From an uncultured Alphaproteobacteria bacterium (lineage in GTDB: Bacteria; Pseudomonadota; Alphaproteobacteria; Rhizobiales; Hyphomicrobiaceae): a stretch of 64,000 nucleotides of DNA. Below, piece after piece: positions 49,498 to 60,290 of this stretch; the stretch's first letter is position 1; every line of letters begins with the position of its first letter. The notes under the pieces were generated by a model, which was given only the letters and a program-made list of their open reading frames with translations, was not told the origin of the DNA and ran no database searches. The stretch is taken from NCBI GenBank assembly GCA_963750535.1, contig CAVVRF010000007.1, positions 1,117 to 65,116 on the forward strand. The letters are read 5' to 3'. Position numbers and translations under genes: made by a program.

Positions 49498-50079
49498 GTG
49501 GTCAAGTTGAACAAGATCTATACCCGCACCGGCGACGACGGCACGACCGGGCTGGGCACCGGCGAGCGCGTGCGCAAGGATAGTCTGCGGGTCGAGGCCT
49601 ACGGCACGGTCGACGAGACCAACGCCGCCATCGGAATGGCGCGCGTGCATCTGCTCGGCGTCGACGCCAAGATCGATGCCATGCTGGTTCGCATCCAGAA
49701 CGACCTGTTCGACCTTGGCGCCGATCTTTGTGTTCCCGACCGCGGCAAGAAGCTCGGCTACGAGCCGCTGCGCATCACGGCGGCGCAGACCGCCAGGCTG
49801 GAACGTGAGATTGACGAGCTCAACGGCGAATTGAAGCCGCTCAATTCGTTCGTCCTTCCCGGCGGCTCGGCCGGCGCCGCGGCTTTGCACGTGGCGCGCA
49901 CGGTGGCGCGTCGGGCCGAGCGCCTGATCGTCGAGTTGCAGGCCCAGCCGGACGAGCCGGTGAGCGCGCCGGCCATATCCTACGTCAATCGCCTGTCCGA
50001 CTTCCTGTTCGTCGCCAGTCGCTGGGTGAACGACAAAGGCCACAAAGACGTGCTCTGGGTCCCCGGCCAGAACCGGTAG
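49498..50079 (+). CDS. cob(I)yrinic acid a,c-diamide adenosyltransferase, PduO type
   Basis: GTG start. KIYTRTGDDGTTGL and the DLF/DLGADL helices of the PduO/MMAB family. Length 193 aa. Confidence 0.85.
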   Translation: MVKLNKIYTRTGDDGTTGLGTGERVRKDSLRVEAYGTVDETNAAIGMARVHLLGVDAKIDAMLVRIQNDLFDLGADLCVPDRGKKLGYEPLRITAAQTARLEREIDELNGELKPLNSFVLPGGSAGAAALHVARTVARRAERLIVELQAQPDEPVSAPAISYVNRLSDFLFVASRWVNDKGHKDVLWVPGQNR

Positions 50080-50149
50080 CTCGACCCGACCTGGGGCCCG
50101 AGGTCGTGATGATCAGGATCGGGTGTGCTTGGGCGCCCGCGGCAGAAGG

Positions 50150-50855
50150 ATGGCTGACGTGTTCGTGCCCGTCTACGACAACAATCCGTTGCGCGGAATT
50201 CGCTTCCAGTACGTGACAGTCGGCCTGATCGTCCTCAACTTCGCGGTCTTCCTGCTGCAGGTCGCGGGCATGCGGATGGAGGCGGTGGCAAGTTTCGGCG
50301 TCGTGCCGGCCAGGCTGCTTGCCGCACCTCTGGCAACCAGCACGGCGGCCTTGCCGGTCGGCTTCCAGGACCTGCCGCCGTGGGCGACGCTGCTGTCCTA
50401 CATGTTCTTTCACGGCGATATCGTGCACGTCGGCACCAACATGCTGTTCTTGTGGGTGTTCGGCGATAACGTCGAGGACGCGATGGGGCACGTCAGGTTC
50501 CTGCTGTTCTACATCGCGTGCGGGGTGATCGCCGGCTTGACGCACGCCATCATGCAGCCCGAACTCGTCGGTGCCGCTGATTGGGGCCAGCGGTGCCGTG
50601 GCCGGCGTCATCGCTGCCTACGTCATGCTCTATCCCCGGGTCATGGTCTGGGTGCTCGCCTTCCGCATCATCCCGCTGCATATTACCGCAGGCTTCGCGA
50701 TCGGCGCCTGGATCTTGACCCAGCTCGTCATGGTGCTGCTGCCGCAATCGGGTCCGGCGCTGCCGATCGCCTGGTGGGCGCATATTGGCGGGCTGGCCGC
50801 CGGCGCCCTGCTGGTGCTGGTTCTGCGCCGGCCGGGGGTTCCCCTGTTTGCCTGA
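50150..50855 (+). pseudogene. rhomboid family intramembrane serine protease with apparent +1 frameshift in a C-run at ~50556-50560
   Basis: Frame 1: ...FFHGDIVHVGTNMLFLWVFGDNVEDAMGHVRFLLFYIACGVIAGLTHAIMQP. The +1 frame continues NSSVPLIGASGAVAGVIAAYVMLYPRVMVWVL... with the catalytic GASGAV serine. Deleting one C of cagCCCgaa fuses them. Confidence 0.75.
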
Positions 50856-51139
50856 GGCCGGCCGCCCGGCCGGCAGGTGGAGTTGCCCAAAATTTTGGCA
50901 TACCTATAATGTTGCATTTGTGCCCTAGGGCACAATTGACACCGCCGAACCTCATGCATACGCTGCTTCTCGCAGATGCGAAGGCCGGTTGGCCGGCGCG
51001 CCTATAAGTCAGTCATATGCAAGTCATTGAGACAAAAATGTCTCGGCGCCACAGGTTCAACCGGCAGCGCAGGAATGTGCTGTTTCCGGTGCTCGTCGCG
51101 GCGCTCAGAAACAATCCGGCTCTGGAGCTTCGCTAAACC

Positions 51140-51895
51140 ATGAAAATCCTCGTGCCCGTCAAGCGCGTGGTCGACTACAATGTAAAAATCAGGGTCAAGC
51201 CTGACGGCACGGGTATCGAGCTTGCCAACGTCAAGATGTCGATGAATCCGTTCGACGAGATCGCGGTCGAAGAGGCGATCCGCCTGAGGGAAAAGGGCGC
51301 CGCAACCGAAATCGTCGCGGTTTCGATCGGCTCGGCCAAGTCGCAGGAGACGATCCGCACCGCGCTTGCCATGGGCGCCGACCGCGGCATCCTGATCGAG
51401 ACCGCCGAGGGCGAGGCGGTTGAGCCGCTCGCCGTCGCCAAGCTGCTCAAGGCCGTCGTCGCCGCCGAGCAGCCGGGCCTGGTGATCCTGGGCAAGCAGG
51501 CGATCGACGATGACTGCAACCAGACCGGCCAGATGCTTGCAGCCTTGCTGGGGTGGCCGCAAGCAACATTCGCGTCCAAGATCGTGATCGACGGCCAGCA
51601 GGCGCACGTGACCCGCGAGATCGACGGTGGCCTCGAGACGCTCGGGCTCAAGCTGCCGATCATCGTCACCACCGATCTTCGGCTCAACGAGCCACGCTAT
51701 GCGTCGCTGCCGAACATCATGAAGGCGAAGAAGAAGCCGCTCGACGTCAAGAAGCCGGCCGACCTCGGCGTCGATGTCGCGCCACGGCTCAAGGTCTTGC
51801 GGACCACCGAGCCGCCGGCGCGCAAGTCCGGCGTGAAGGTCGCGTCGCCAGCCGAGCTGGTGGCCAAGTTGAAGTCCGAGGCGGGGGTGATCTGA
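51140..51895 (+). CDS. etfB: electron transfer flavoprotein subunit beta
   Basis: [23 protein letters not shown]...[11 protein letters not shown], the canonical EtfB. Length 251 aa. Its stop overlaps the etfA start (TGATG). Confidence 0.9.
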   Translation: MKILVPVKRVVDYNVKIRVKPDGTGIELANVKMSMNPFDEIAVEEAIRLREKGAATEIVAVSIGSAKSQETIRTALAMGADRGILIETAEGEAVEPLAVAKLLKAVVAAEQPGLVILGKQAIDDDCNQTGQMLAALLGWPQATFASKIVIDGQQAHVTREIDGGLETLGLKLPIIVTTDLRLNEPRYASLPNIMKAKKKPLDVKKPADLGVDVAPRLKVLRTTEPPARKSGVKVASPAELVAKLKSEAGVI

Positions 51896-52839
51896 TGGCG
51901 ACGCTTCTCATTGCCGAGCATTCGAACGACGCGTTGAACGCACTGACCGCCAAGGCGATGACTGCGGCGGCCCAGCTCGGCGGCGAAGTTCATGTCCTGG
52001 TGGCAGGCAGCGGCTGCAAGCCGGCGGCCGAGGCAGCGGCGAAACTCAAGGGCGTCGCCAAGGTTATCGTCGCCGACGCCCCGCAATATGCCCAGCAGCT
52101 CGCCGAGGAAGTGTCCGCGCTGGTCGTGCCGATGATGGCGAGCTACGACGCCGTCGTGGCCGCGGCCACGGCGCAGGCCAAGAACTTCATGCCGCGGGTC
52201 GCCGCCAGCCTCGACGTGATGCAGATTTCTGAGATCACCGCCGTCAAGTCGGCCGATACGTTCGAGCGGCCGATCTACGCCGGCAACGCGATCCAGACAG
52301 TCCAATCGACCGACGCCAAGAAGGTGATCACGGTGCGGACGGCGTCGTTCGCGGCGACGCCGGAGGGCGGCAGCGCCACGGTGGAGAGCGCCACTGCGCC
52401 GGCGGTGGTCGGCCTGTCGACGTTCGAGAAGGCCGAGATCGCGCGTTCCGACCGGCCCGAGCTTGCGTCCGCGAAGATCGTCATCTCCGGCGGTCGCGGC
52501 ATGCAATCGGGCGAGAACTTCAAGAAATACATCGAGCCGGTGGCCGACCGGCTCGGCGCGGCGATGGGCGCCAGTCGCGCCGCCGTCGACGCCGGGTTCG
52601 TGCCGAACGACTACCAGGTCGGCCAGACCGGCAAGGTGGTGGCGCCGGAGCTATACATCGCCGTCGGCATCTCGGGCGCCATCCAGCACCTGGCTGGCAT
52701 GAAGGACTCGAAGGTGATCGTCGCAATCAACAAGGACGCCGAGGCGCCGATCTTCCAGGTGGCCGACTACGGCCTCGTCGCCGATCTGTTCCAGGCCCTG
52801 CCTGAGCTCGACGCCGAGTTGCAGAAGGCCGGGCGCTAG
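51895..52839 (+). CDS. etfA: electron transfer flavoprotein subunit alpha
   Basis: [38 protein letters not shown] and the FAD-binding C-terminus (...[30 protein letters not shown]). The supplied longer ORF is a read-through. Confidence 0.9.
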   Translation: MATLLIAEHSNDALNALTAKAMTAAAQLGGEVHVLVAGSGCKPAAEAAAKLKGVAKVIVADAPQYAQQLAEEVSALVVPMMASYDAVVAAATAQAKNFMPRVAASLDVMQISEITAVKSADTFERPIYAGNAIQTVQSTDAKKVITVRTASFAATPEGGSATVESATAPAVVGLSTFEKAEIARSDRPELASAKIVISGGRGMQSGENFKKYIEPVADRLGAAMGASRAAVDAGFVPNDYQVGQTGKVVAPELYIAVGISGAIQHLAGMKDSKVIVAINKDAEAPIFQVADYGLVADLFQALPELDAELQKAGR

Positions 52840-52883
52840 TCGCCCGGCCGCATCCGGCCACGTCACACAAGGATTCCGCTATC

Positions 52884-53807
52884 ATGGATGCCGCAGTGAA
52901 AACCAAGGCTTCTGCAACGACCGAGACACCCAGCACGATCAAGCGCGTCGGCATCATCGGCGCCGGACAGATGGGCAGTGGCATCGCGCATGTGATCGCG
53001 ATGGCGGGGTATTCGGTCGCCCTGAACGATATCGAGAAGTCGAGGGTCGACAAGGGACTGGCCGCCGTCGAAAAGAACATGTCGCGGCAGGTGGCGAAGG
53101 GCATCATCAAGGAAGCGGAGAAGAAGGCGGCGCTCGACCGCATCGGCTATGCCGCGTCCTATGGTGACCTCGGCAATTGTGATCTCGTGATCGAGGCGGC
53201 GGTCGAGGACGAGGCGATCAAGCGCAAGATCTTCATCGAGCTGTGTAAGAGCCTGAAGCCCTCCGCATTGCTGGCCTCGAATACGTCATCGATCTCGATC
53301 ACCAGGCTCGCGGCGGCGACCGACCGCCCCGAGCATTTCATTGGCATGCACTTCATGAATCCGGTGCCGCTGATGCAGCTGGTCGAGCTGATCCGCGGCA
53401 TCGCCACCGACGACGTGACGTTCACCACCGCCAAGACGTTCATCGCCAGCCTCGGCAAGACCATCGCGGTGTCCGAGGACTTCCCCGCCTTCATCGTCAA
53501 CCGCATCTTGCTGCCGATGATCAACGAGGCGGTCTACACGCTCTACGAGGGCGTCGGCACCGTCGAGGCGATCGACAAGGCGCTGAAGCTCGGCGCCAAT
53601 CATCCGATGGGACCGCTCGAGCTCGCCGACTTCATCGGCCTCGACACCTGCCTGTCGGTGATGCAGGTCCTGTACGAGGGGCTGGCGGATTCCAAGTACC
53701 GGCCTTGCCCGCTGCTGGTGAAATACGTCGAGGCCGGCTGGCTCGGGCGCAAGACGCAGCGCGGCTTCTACGACTATCGCGGCGAGAAGCCCATGCCGAC
53801 CCGGTGA
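52884..53807 (+). CDS. 3-hydroxybutyryl-CoA / 3-hydroxyacyl-CoA dehydrogenase
   Basis: Rossmann VGIIGAGQMGSGIA, the catalytic His/Glu region (…FIGMHFMNPVPLMQLVELIRG…) and the C-terminal dimerisation domain. Confidence 0.9.
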   Translation: MDAAVKTKASATTETPSTIKRVGIIGAGQMGSGIAHVIAMAGYSVALNDIEKSRVDKGLAAVEKNMSRQVAKGIIKEAEKKAALDRIGYAASYGDLGNCDLVIEAAVEDEAIKRKIFIELCKSLKPSALLASNTSSISITRLAAATDRPEHFIGMHFMNPVPLMQLVELIRGIATDDVTFTTAKTFIASLGKTIAVSEDFPAFIVNRILLPMINEAVYTLYEGVGTVEAIDKALKLGANHPMGPLELADFIGLDTCLSVMQVLYEGLADSKYRPCPLLVKYVEAGWLGRKTQRGFYDYRGEKPMPTR

Positions 53808-53936
53808 GATTGGCGTGGCGGCGGCCGGCAGCAGCCCCTTCCCGGCGGCAAGCTGGCCGAGGTCGGCCGTTCCGCACTCGTTGACAGTCGACAGCCACTG
53901 CAGCGCGACCGCAAGCGATCCTGCCGGAGCCCCGCG

Positions 53937-54911
53937 ATGAAAGCCGCGTTGTGCAAGACCCTCGACGGACCGTCGGCGATCGTCATCGAGGATATACCGA
54001 CGCCGGAGCCCGGCCCTGGCGAGGTCCGTGTGCGCGTGCGGGCGGTGGCGCTCAACTTCCTCGATACGCTGATCTGTCGCGGCAAGTACCAGTACAAGCC
54101 TGACTTGCCGTTCTCGCCGGCCGGCGAGATCGCCGGCGTGGTCGATGCGCTGGGCCCAGGCGTCGGCAGGCTCCAGGTCGGACAGCGGGTATGTGGCTTC
54201 CTCGGCTGGGGTGGCGCGCGCGAGTATACCATCGCCAAGGCGGCGGCACTGGCTCCGGTACCGGACCGGGTCAGCGACGAGGTGGCGGCCGGCATCAGCG
54301 TCACCTACGGCACTGCGATGCATGGGCTGGTCGATCGCGGGCGGCTGAAGGCCGGCGAGACGGTCGCCGTGCTCGGTGCGTCCGGCGGCGCCGGGCTTGG
54401 CGCAGTCGAGCTGGCGAAGCTGCTGGGTGCCAAGGTCGTGGCGGCGGCTTCGTCCGCCGAGAAGCTTGCGGTTTGCACGGCGCATGGCGCCGACGCGGTG
54501 ATCAACTACGCCGCCGAGGATCTGAAGCAGGCGCTGCGTGACGCCACCGGCGGCAAGGGCCCGGACGTGATCTATGACTGCGTCGGCGGCGACTACGCCG
54601 AGCCGGCGTTGCGCACGATCGCCTGGATGGGCCGTTATCTGGTTGTCGGGTTCGCCGCCGGACAGATCCCGAAGATCCCGCTCAACCTGACGCTATTGAA
54701 GAGCTGTGACATCATCGGCGTGTTCTGGGGAGAGAATGCCGCGCGCGACCCCGAGCCGCATACCGCAAACCTCGTCCGGGTGCTGGCCTGGGTGGCCGAC
54801 GGCAAGCTGCGGCCGCATGTCCATGCGGTGATGCCGTTCGAGCGCATCGGCGAGGCGATCTCGATGCTGGATCGTCGCGAAGTTACCGGCAAGCTCGTTC
54901 TCGCAATTTAG
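53937..54911 (+). CDS. NADPH:quinone oxidoreductase / zinc-type alcohol dehydrogenase-like (MDR superfamily)
   Basis: GroES-like N-terminal domain and cofactor motif VLGASGGAGLGAVELAKLLGAKVV. Length 324 aa. Confidence 0.85.
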   Translation: MKAALCKTLDGPSAIVIEDIPTPEPGPGEVRVRVRAVALNFLDTLICRGKYQYKPDLPFSPAGEIAGVVDALGPGVGRLQVGQRVCGFLGWGGAREYTIAKAAALAPVPDRVSDEVAAGISVTYGTAMHGLVDRGRLKAGETVAVLGASGGAGLGAVELAKLLGAKVVAAASSAEKLAVCTAHGADAVINYAAEDLKQALRDATGGKGPDVIYDCVGGDYAEPALRTIAWMGRYLVVGFAAGQIPKIPLNLTLLKSCDIIGVFWGENAARDPEPHTANLVRVLAWVADGKLRPHVHAVMPFERIGEAISMLDRREVTGKLVLAI

Positions 54912-55017
54912 CGCAACTGCACGCTTTTTCTCGGACGGCATTTCGCCTATCTAGAAAAACGTAGGCGCAGCCGCAGGAATGGCTGCTGCCGCAAGTCAGG
55001 GAGCGAAACGAGACATC

Positions 55018-55983
55018 ATGAAGATCAGAACGGCATTGGTATTGGGATTGGGACTGATCGCAGGCAGCGCCATCGCCGTCGCGCAGGCCGGAAAGCAACT
55101 GTCGATCGCCACCGGCGGCACCGGCGGCGTCTATTATCCACTCGGCGGCGGCTTCGCCAACATCCTGTCGAAGGCGCTGCCTGGCGTCACCGCCACCGCC
55201 GAGGTGACCGGTGGCTCGGTCGACAACCTGAAACTGATCGGCAGCGGCAAGGCCGATCTCGCCTTTGTCCAGGGCGATGCCACCTGGGATGCGATCAGCG
55301 GTCTCGACAAGTTCAAGAGCGGCAAGCTCGACATCAAGGCCCTGGTCGTTATGTACCCCAACCACATGCATGTGGTGACCGTGGAAGGCACCGGCATCAA
55401 CAAGATCGGGGACCTCAAGGGCAAGCGTATCTCAACCGGCTCGCCGGGCTCGGCCACCGAGGTATTCGCCTTCCGCGTGCTCGAAGCCGCCGGTCTCGAC
55501 AAGGACAAGGACGTCAAGCGCGAGCGACTGGGCGTCGCCGAGTCCGTGAATGCAATGAAGGACCAGAAGATCGACGCCTTCCTTTGGGTGGGCGGCCTGC
55601 CGACTGCGGCGGTGACCGATCTCGCGGCGACGCCGTCGACCAAGATCAAGCTGCTCGACATCGCGCCGCTGGCCGAGAAGATGAACGCCAAGTACGGCCC
55701 GTTGTACACTGCCGCGATCATTCCGAAGTCGACGTACCCCGGCATGGCGGCCGACAATGCCAACATCGCGGTGTGGAACCTGATGGCGGTCAACGGCAAG
55801 ATGGACGAAAAGCTTGCCTACGACCTGACCAGGACAATGCTGGAGCACCGCGCCGATCTGGCCCAGGTCCACAAGGAAGCCCTGAATATCAAGGACGAGA
55901 ACCAGACCTCGAAGAATGCCGGCATTCCCTGGCATCCGGGCGCGCTGAAATACTTCAAGGAGAAGGGCCTGAAGGTCGATTGA
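55018..55983 (+). CDS. TAXI family TRAP transporter solute-binding protein
   Basis: Signal peptide MKIRTALVLGLGLIAGSAIAVAQA, then IATGGTGGVYYPLGGGFANIL..., the TAXI (Imp/TM1079-like) receptor signature. Confidence 0.85.
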   Translation: MKIRTALVLGLGLIAGSAIAVAQAGKQLSIATGGTGGVYYPLGGGFANILSKALPGVTATAEVTGGSVDNLKLIGSGKADLAFVQGDATWDAISGLDKFKSGKLDIKALVVMYPNHMHVVTVEGTGINKIGDLKGKRISTGSPGSATEVFAFRVLEAAGLDKDKDVKRERLGVAESVNAMKDQKIDAFLWVGGLPTAAVTDLAATPSTKIKLLDIAPLAEKMNAKYGPLYTAAIIPKSTYPGMAADNANIAVWNLMAVNGKMDEKLAYDLTRTMLEHRADLAQVHKEALNIKDENQTSKNAGIPWHPGALKYFKEKGLKVD

Positions 55984-56010
55984 AGCTTCGACCTGATCGG
56001 CACCAAGGTT

Positions 56011-56040
56011 GGCCGGGCAACACTGTCCGGCCATTTTTTT
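56011..56040 (+). terminator. rho-independent terminator after the TAXI receptor gene
   Basis: GGCCGG-gcaacactgt-CCGGCC followed by ATTTTTTT. Confidence 0.65.
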
Positions 56041-56162
56041 CGTCGCCAACGCCCCCAGCCGCTAACTAATTGCAGGTGCACCCTTTCCTTGCCGCGGCCG
56101 AAGAGACTAGAAGCGATCAAGAGCCGTCGAGCGGCCCGAGCGGGATATCAGGGGGAAGGCCC

Positions 56163-58195
56163 ATGGCCACGGACAAGGACACCGCTGACACGGTGATCAG
56201 CGAAGAGCAGCTGAAGCTAGCCGAGAAGTACATCGAGGAGGACGAAGGCGCGACCAACCGGCTCGGCGGATGGGCCGGCTCGGCTGTCACCTGGTTCGCG
56301 ATCTTCGTCACGCTGTTCCACCTCTACGCCGCCGCCGCCGGCGCCTGGCCGTTCCAATGGGCGCCCGTGGTGCCAACCTACCTGCTGCGGCCGATCCACG
56401 TCGGCATGGTGATGTTCCTCGCCTTCCTGCTGTTCCCGATGATGCCGCGGCTGCGCAACCGGCTGACCATCCTCGACATCGTCCTGGCCCTGACCAGCGC
56501 CGCCATCATCGGCTACATCATCTCCCAGGGCGACGACTTCGGTGACCGGGCGATATCGCCAGACCCGCTCGACTTCGCGATTGGCGTCGTATTCATCGCA
56601 CTGCTGCTCGAGGCGACCCGGCGGACCACCGGAATTATCATGCCGGTGATCTCGCTGATGTTCATCGCCTATGCCTTGTTCGGGCCGTACCTGCCGGCGC
56701 CCTGGACGCATCGCGGCTATGCTCCGGACCGGCTCGTCGGCCAGCTCTACATGACGCTCGAGGGCATCTTCGGCACCGCCGTCGACGTATCGTCGAGCCT
56801 GATCATCCTGTTCACGATCTTCGGCGCGATCCTGCAGTACTCGGGTGCCGGCAAGTTCTTCATCGACTTCTCTCTCGCCGCGATGGGTGGCAAGCGCAAT
56901 GCCGCCGGCCGGTCGGTGGTGCTGTCGTCGTTCCTGATGGGTGGGCCGTCGGGCTCTGGCGTCGCGACCACGGTGACGATCGGCGCCGTCGCCTACCCGA
57001 TGCTGGCCAAGGCCGGCTACGAGAAGAACGCCGCCGGCGGCCTGCTGGCGGCGGGCGGTCTCGGTGCGATCATCTCGCCGCCGGTGCTGGGCGCGGCCGC
57101 CTTCCTGATCGCCGAGTTCCTCAAGATCTCGTACTTCGACGTGATCCTGATGGCGACGATCCCGACCCTCCTCTACTATCTCGGCATCCTGATCATGGTC
57201 GAGCTCGACAGCGCCAAGTATGGCGGCGGCAGACCGTGCTGATCGAGACCGGCAATCTGTGGGCGCTGACCAAGTCCTACTGGTTCCACTTCGGCTCGCT
57301 GGTGTCGATCATCGCCTTCATGCTGCTCGGCTTCTCGCCGGTGCTGTCGGTCTTCTGGGCGACGATGCTGGCGATCGCCTCGAGCTTCCTGCGCAAGGAC
57401 ACGGCGCTGGTGCCGCCGAAGCTCAAGCGGGCGCTGGCCGACGGCACGATCGGCGTGCTCAACGCGGCGACGACGTGTGCGTCGGCGGGCATCATCGTCG
57501 GCGTGGTGACATTGACCGGGCTCGGTCTCAAATTCTCGTCGATCGCGATCGACTACGCCGGCGGCAGCCTGCTGCTGACTGCGATCTACACCGCCGCGAT
57601 CGTCTGGGTCGTCGGCCTCGCGGTGCCGGTGACGGCGTCCTACATCATCTGCGCGGTGATCGCCGCGCCGGCGCTCACCAAGCTCGGCGTCCCCGATTTC
57701 GCGGCGCACATGTTCATCTTCTACTATGCAGTGCTGTCGGAGGTCTCGCCGCCGACGGCGCTGTCACCGTTTGCGGCCGCCGCGATCACCGGCGGCAATC
57801 CCTACCTTACGACCCTGCAGTCGTGGAAATACACGATGCCGGCGTTCCTGGTGCCGTTCGTATTCGTGCTCGATCCGCAAGGACCAGCGCTGCTGCTGCA
57901 GTTCCCAAAGGGACTCGGCTGGCTCGACGCGGTAGAGGTCTCGCTCAAGTCTGCGCTCGGCATCGCATTCCTCGGCGTGGCGGCACAGGCGTGGCTGTTC
58001 CGGCGCAGTAGCGTGCTCGAAACCGCGCTGTTCGTGCTGGCGGGGCTGCTGTTGGTATTCCCGCTGCTGATTCGGGCGATCTCGTCGTCGCTGATCGGCC
58101 TCAACATCGCCTATCCGACAGTGATCGGGTGCGCGATCGCCGTGGCCGCCGTTGCAATACAGCGCCTGCGGGTGCAGCGCTCGGCATCGGCTTGA
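56163..58195 (+). pseudogene. TRAP transporter fused permease (TAXI-associated 4TM+12TM) split by an apparent -1 frameshift at ~57230-57236
   Basis: The first ORF ends ...LGILIMVELDSAKYGGGRPC*. The second begins (GTG) VLIETGNLWALTKSYWFHFGSLVSII... in the -1 frame. Together they give the continuous fused-permease topology. Adding one C to agaCCgtg joins them (…KYGGGRPVLIETGN…). Confidence 0.75.
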
Positions 58196-58199
58196 CGCG

Positions 58200-59108
58200 T
58201 CAGCTCGTGCGGTTGGCGATAAAGGCGGCGGCGTCCCGCAGTGCCTCGGCCCGGCCGCCAAAGACGTCGAGCGCGGCAACTGCCTGGGCGGTGATCTCGT
58301 CGAGCTTCCGGCGTGCCGCGTCCACGCCCATCAGCGCGACCAGGGTCGCCTTGCCGGCGGCGTCATCTTTCGCCACCGCCTTGCCGACAGTGGCCTGATT
58401 GCCGGTGGCATCGAGCAGGTCGTCGGCGATCTGGAAGGCGAAGCCGATGCCGTCGCCGTACGCGGCGAGCGCCCGATGCTCGCTGCTGCCGGCGTCGCCC
58501 ATGATCGCGCCCGCAACGCAGGCGAAGCGGAGCAGGGCGCCGGTTTTCATCGCCTGCAATCGGCGTATGCCATCGAGCGTCGGCGCGGCGGCTGGCGCGA
58601 GCTTCTCGGCAGCGAGATCAAGGCATTGCCCACCGACCATGCCGGACCGGCCGGAGGCGGCGGCGAGCTCGCCGATCAGCTTGATCCGCGTGGCCGCCGG
58701 CAAGGCGGCAGCGCCGTCGGCGATGATCTCGAAGGCGAGCGTCAACAGCGCATCGCCGGCGAGGATAGCTGTCCATTCGTCGTAGGCCGCCCATACCGTC
58801 GGCTTGCCGCGTCGAAGGCGGTCGTTGTCCATCGCCGGCAGATCGTCGTGGACGAGGCTGTAGCAGTGCACGCATTCGAGCGCGGCGGCGACATCGAGCC
58901 CCGAATGTCGGTCGACATCGAACAGCCCGGCCGTCTCAAGCACCAGGAACGGTCGCACGCGCTTGCCGCCACCCAGGACCGCATGCCGCATCGCAAGTGA
59001 AAGCCGGTCGGGGGTCGCCGTGTCCGTTAGCCACCGCATGAGCTGCTGCTCGACGGCGGACTGGGCCTCTGCCAGCCTTTTGTTGAACACGATTGGAATC
59101 CTATACAA
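58200..59108 (-). CDS. ispA: polyprenyl diphosphate synthase (farnesyl/geranylgeranyl diphosphate synthase, IspA/CrtE type)
   Basis: FARM LVHDDLPAMDNDRLRRGKPT and SARM FQIADDLLD aspartate-rich motifs. Confidence 0.85.
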   Translation of the reverse strand: MYRIPIVFNKRLAEAQSAVEQQLMRWLTDTATPDRLSLAMRHAVLGGGKRVRPFLVLETAGLFDVDRHSGLDVAAALECVHCYSLVHDDLPAMDNDRLRRGKPTVWAAYDEWTAILAGDALLTLAFEIIADGAAALPAATRIKLIGELAAASGRSGMVGGQCLDLAAEKLAPAAAPTLDGIRRLQAMKTGALLRFACVAGAIMGDAGSSEHRALAAYGDGIGFAFQIADDLLDATGNQATVGKAVAKDDAAGKATLVALMGVDAARRKLDEITAQAVAALDVFGGRAEALRDAAAFIANRTS

Positions 59109-59193
59109 ACTGCCGGTCGGATGATCACGCTTGCCGCACGCGGCGCTCGTGCTTCCTGTCGCCCGGTTATGTCACGAAAATCGAGGTCGCAGC

Positions 59194-60021
59194 CAGATGA
59201 ACGACGCGCCGCCGCCGCATTCCGCGCCGGATCATCCGGGGTTGCGCGCACCGCTGCGCGTGCAGCCGCGGCGGCGCGGCATGCTCGCCGAGATGGCGCC
59301 GCATATCATGCCTTGCGCCCGGGCAAGCGTATTCAAGGGCACATGGACGCTCGCCATGCTGGCAGTCAGCGGCACCGCCGTCGCGAGCGTAATGCTGCTG
59401 CTGTTTCGCTTCGTCGATCCGCCGGCGTCGGCACTTATGCTCATGCAGCGCCTATCTGGTCAGGAGATCGACAGCCGATGGGTGCCGCTGTCGCGCATCT
59501 CACCGCAACTGGTACGGGCGGTGATCCTGTCGGAGGACAACAAGTTCTGCAGCCACTGGGGCATCGATCTTGCCGAGATGCGCGCGGCGCTGAAAAAGGC
59601 CGAGCGGGAGGGCGAGGACGCATTGCGCGGCGCCAGCACGATCACGCAGCAGGTCGCCAAGAACCTGTTCCTGTGGCCGGATCGGAGCGTGGCGCGCAAG
59701 GCGCTGGAGATCGGCATCACCCTGCCGATGGAGGTGCTCTGGCCGAAGACGCGCATCATGGAGGTCTATTTGAACGTCGCCGAGTGGGGGCCCGGCATCT
59801 TCGGCGTCGAGGCGGCCAGTCGGTATCACTTCGGCAAGCCGTCCAGCCGCCTGACCCGACGAGAGGCGGCATTGCTGGCGGTAGCGCTGCCCAACCCCTT
59901 CGAGCGCATCGCCGGCAGGCCTGGCCAGGGAACGCAGCGCCTGGCGTCGACGATCGAGGGCCGGATGATGGCGACGTCGGGCTCGTCGCGCTTCGCCTGT
60001 GTGCTGGGGGACCGAGGCTAG
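59194..60021 (+). CDS. mtgA: monofunctional biosynthetic peptidoglycan transglycosylase
   Basis: GT51 motifs (ILSEDNKFCSHWGID; GASTITQQVAKNLFL; EVYLNVAEWGPGIFGVEAAS). One N-terminal TM segment. Its stop codon TAG lies inside the left terminal repeat of the downstream element. Confidence 0.85.
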   Translation, partial: QMNDAPPPHSAPDHPGLRAPLRVQPRRRGMLAEMAPHIMPCARASVFKGTWTLAMLAVSGTAVASVMLLLFRFVDPPASALMLMQRLSGQEIDSRWVPLSRISPQLVRAVILSEDNKFCSHWGIDLAEMRAALKKAEREGEDALRGASTITQQVAKNLFLWPDRSVARKALEIGITLPMEVLWPKTRIMEVYLNVAEWGPGIFGVEAASRYHFGKPSSRLTRREAALLAVALPNPFERIAGRPGQGTQRLASTIEGRMMATSGSSRFACVLGDRG

Positions 60022-60290
60022 CCCGCCCTTCTCACAGGCTCGCGGTCGGCACGGAGGGGAAAATGACGACAGAGCAGGAGCGGCGCGCCGAGCATAGCGC
60101 CACTATGGTCAAGCGACGCGACGCACTCTGTCGTCATTTTCACCCCGCCCTGCGGGTCGCGGCCGGCGGGCGGCCCGCGGCGTCGGGCGGTTCAACCGTA
60201 TGCGACGGCTACGCTTTTCGCCGCCCTCCTGGCGGATCCGCTGCGCCGGTCGCGATGACGATCCGCGAGCCTGTGAGAAGGGCGGGCTAG
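60018..60290. mobile_element. 273-bp MITE-like element with perfect 28-bp terminal inverted repeats, nested 16-bp inner inverted repeat, CTAG at both termini
   Basis: Left end ctagcccgcccttctcacaggctcgcgg (60018-60045) and right end ccgcgagcctgtgagaagggcgggctag (60263-60290) are perfect reverse complements. Inner repeat gaaaatgacgacagag (60059-60074) / ctctgtcgtcattttc (60126-60141). No transposase-sized ORF lies inside. Confidence 0.55.
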
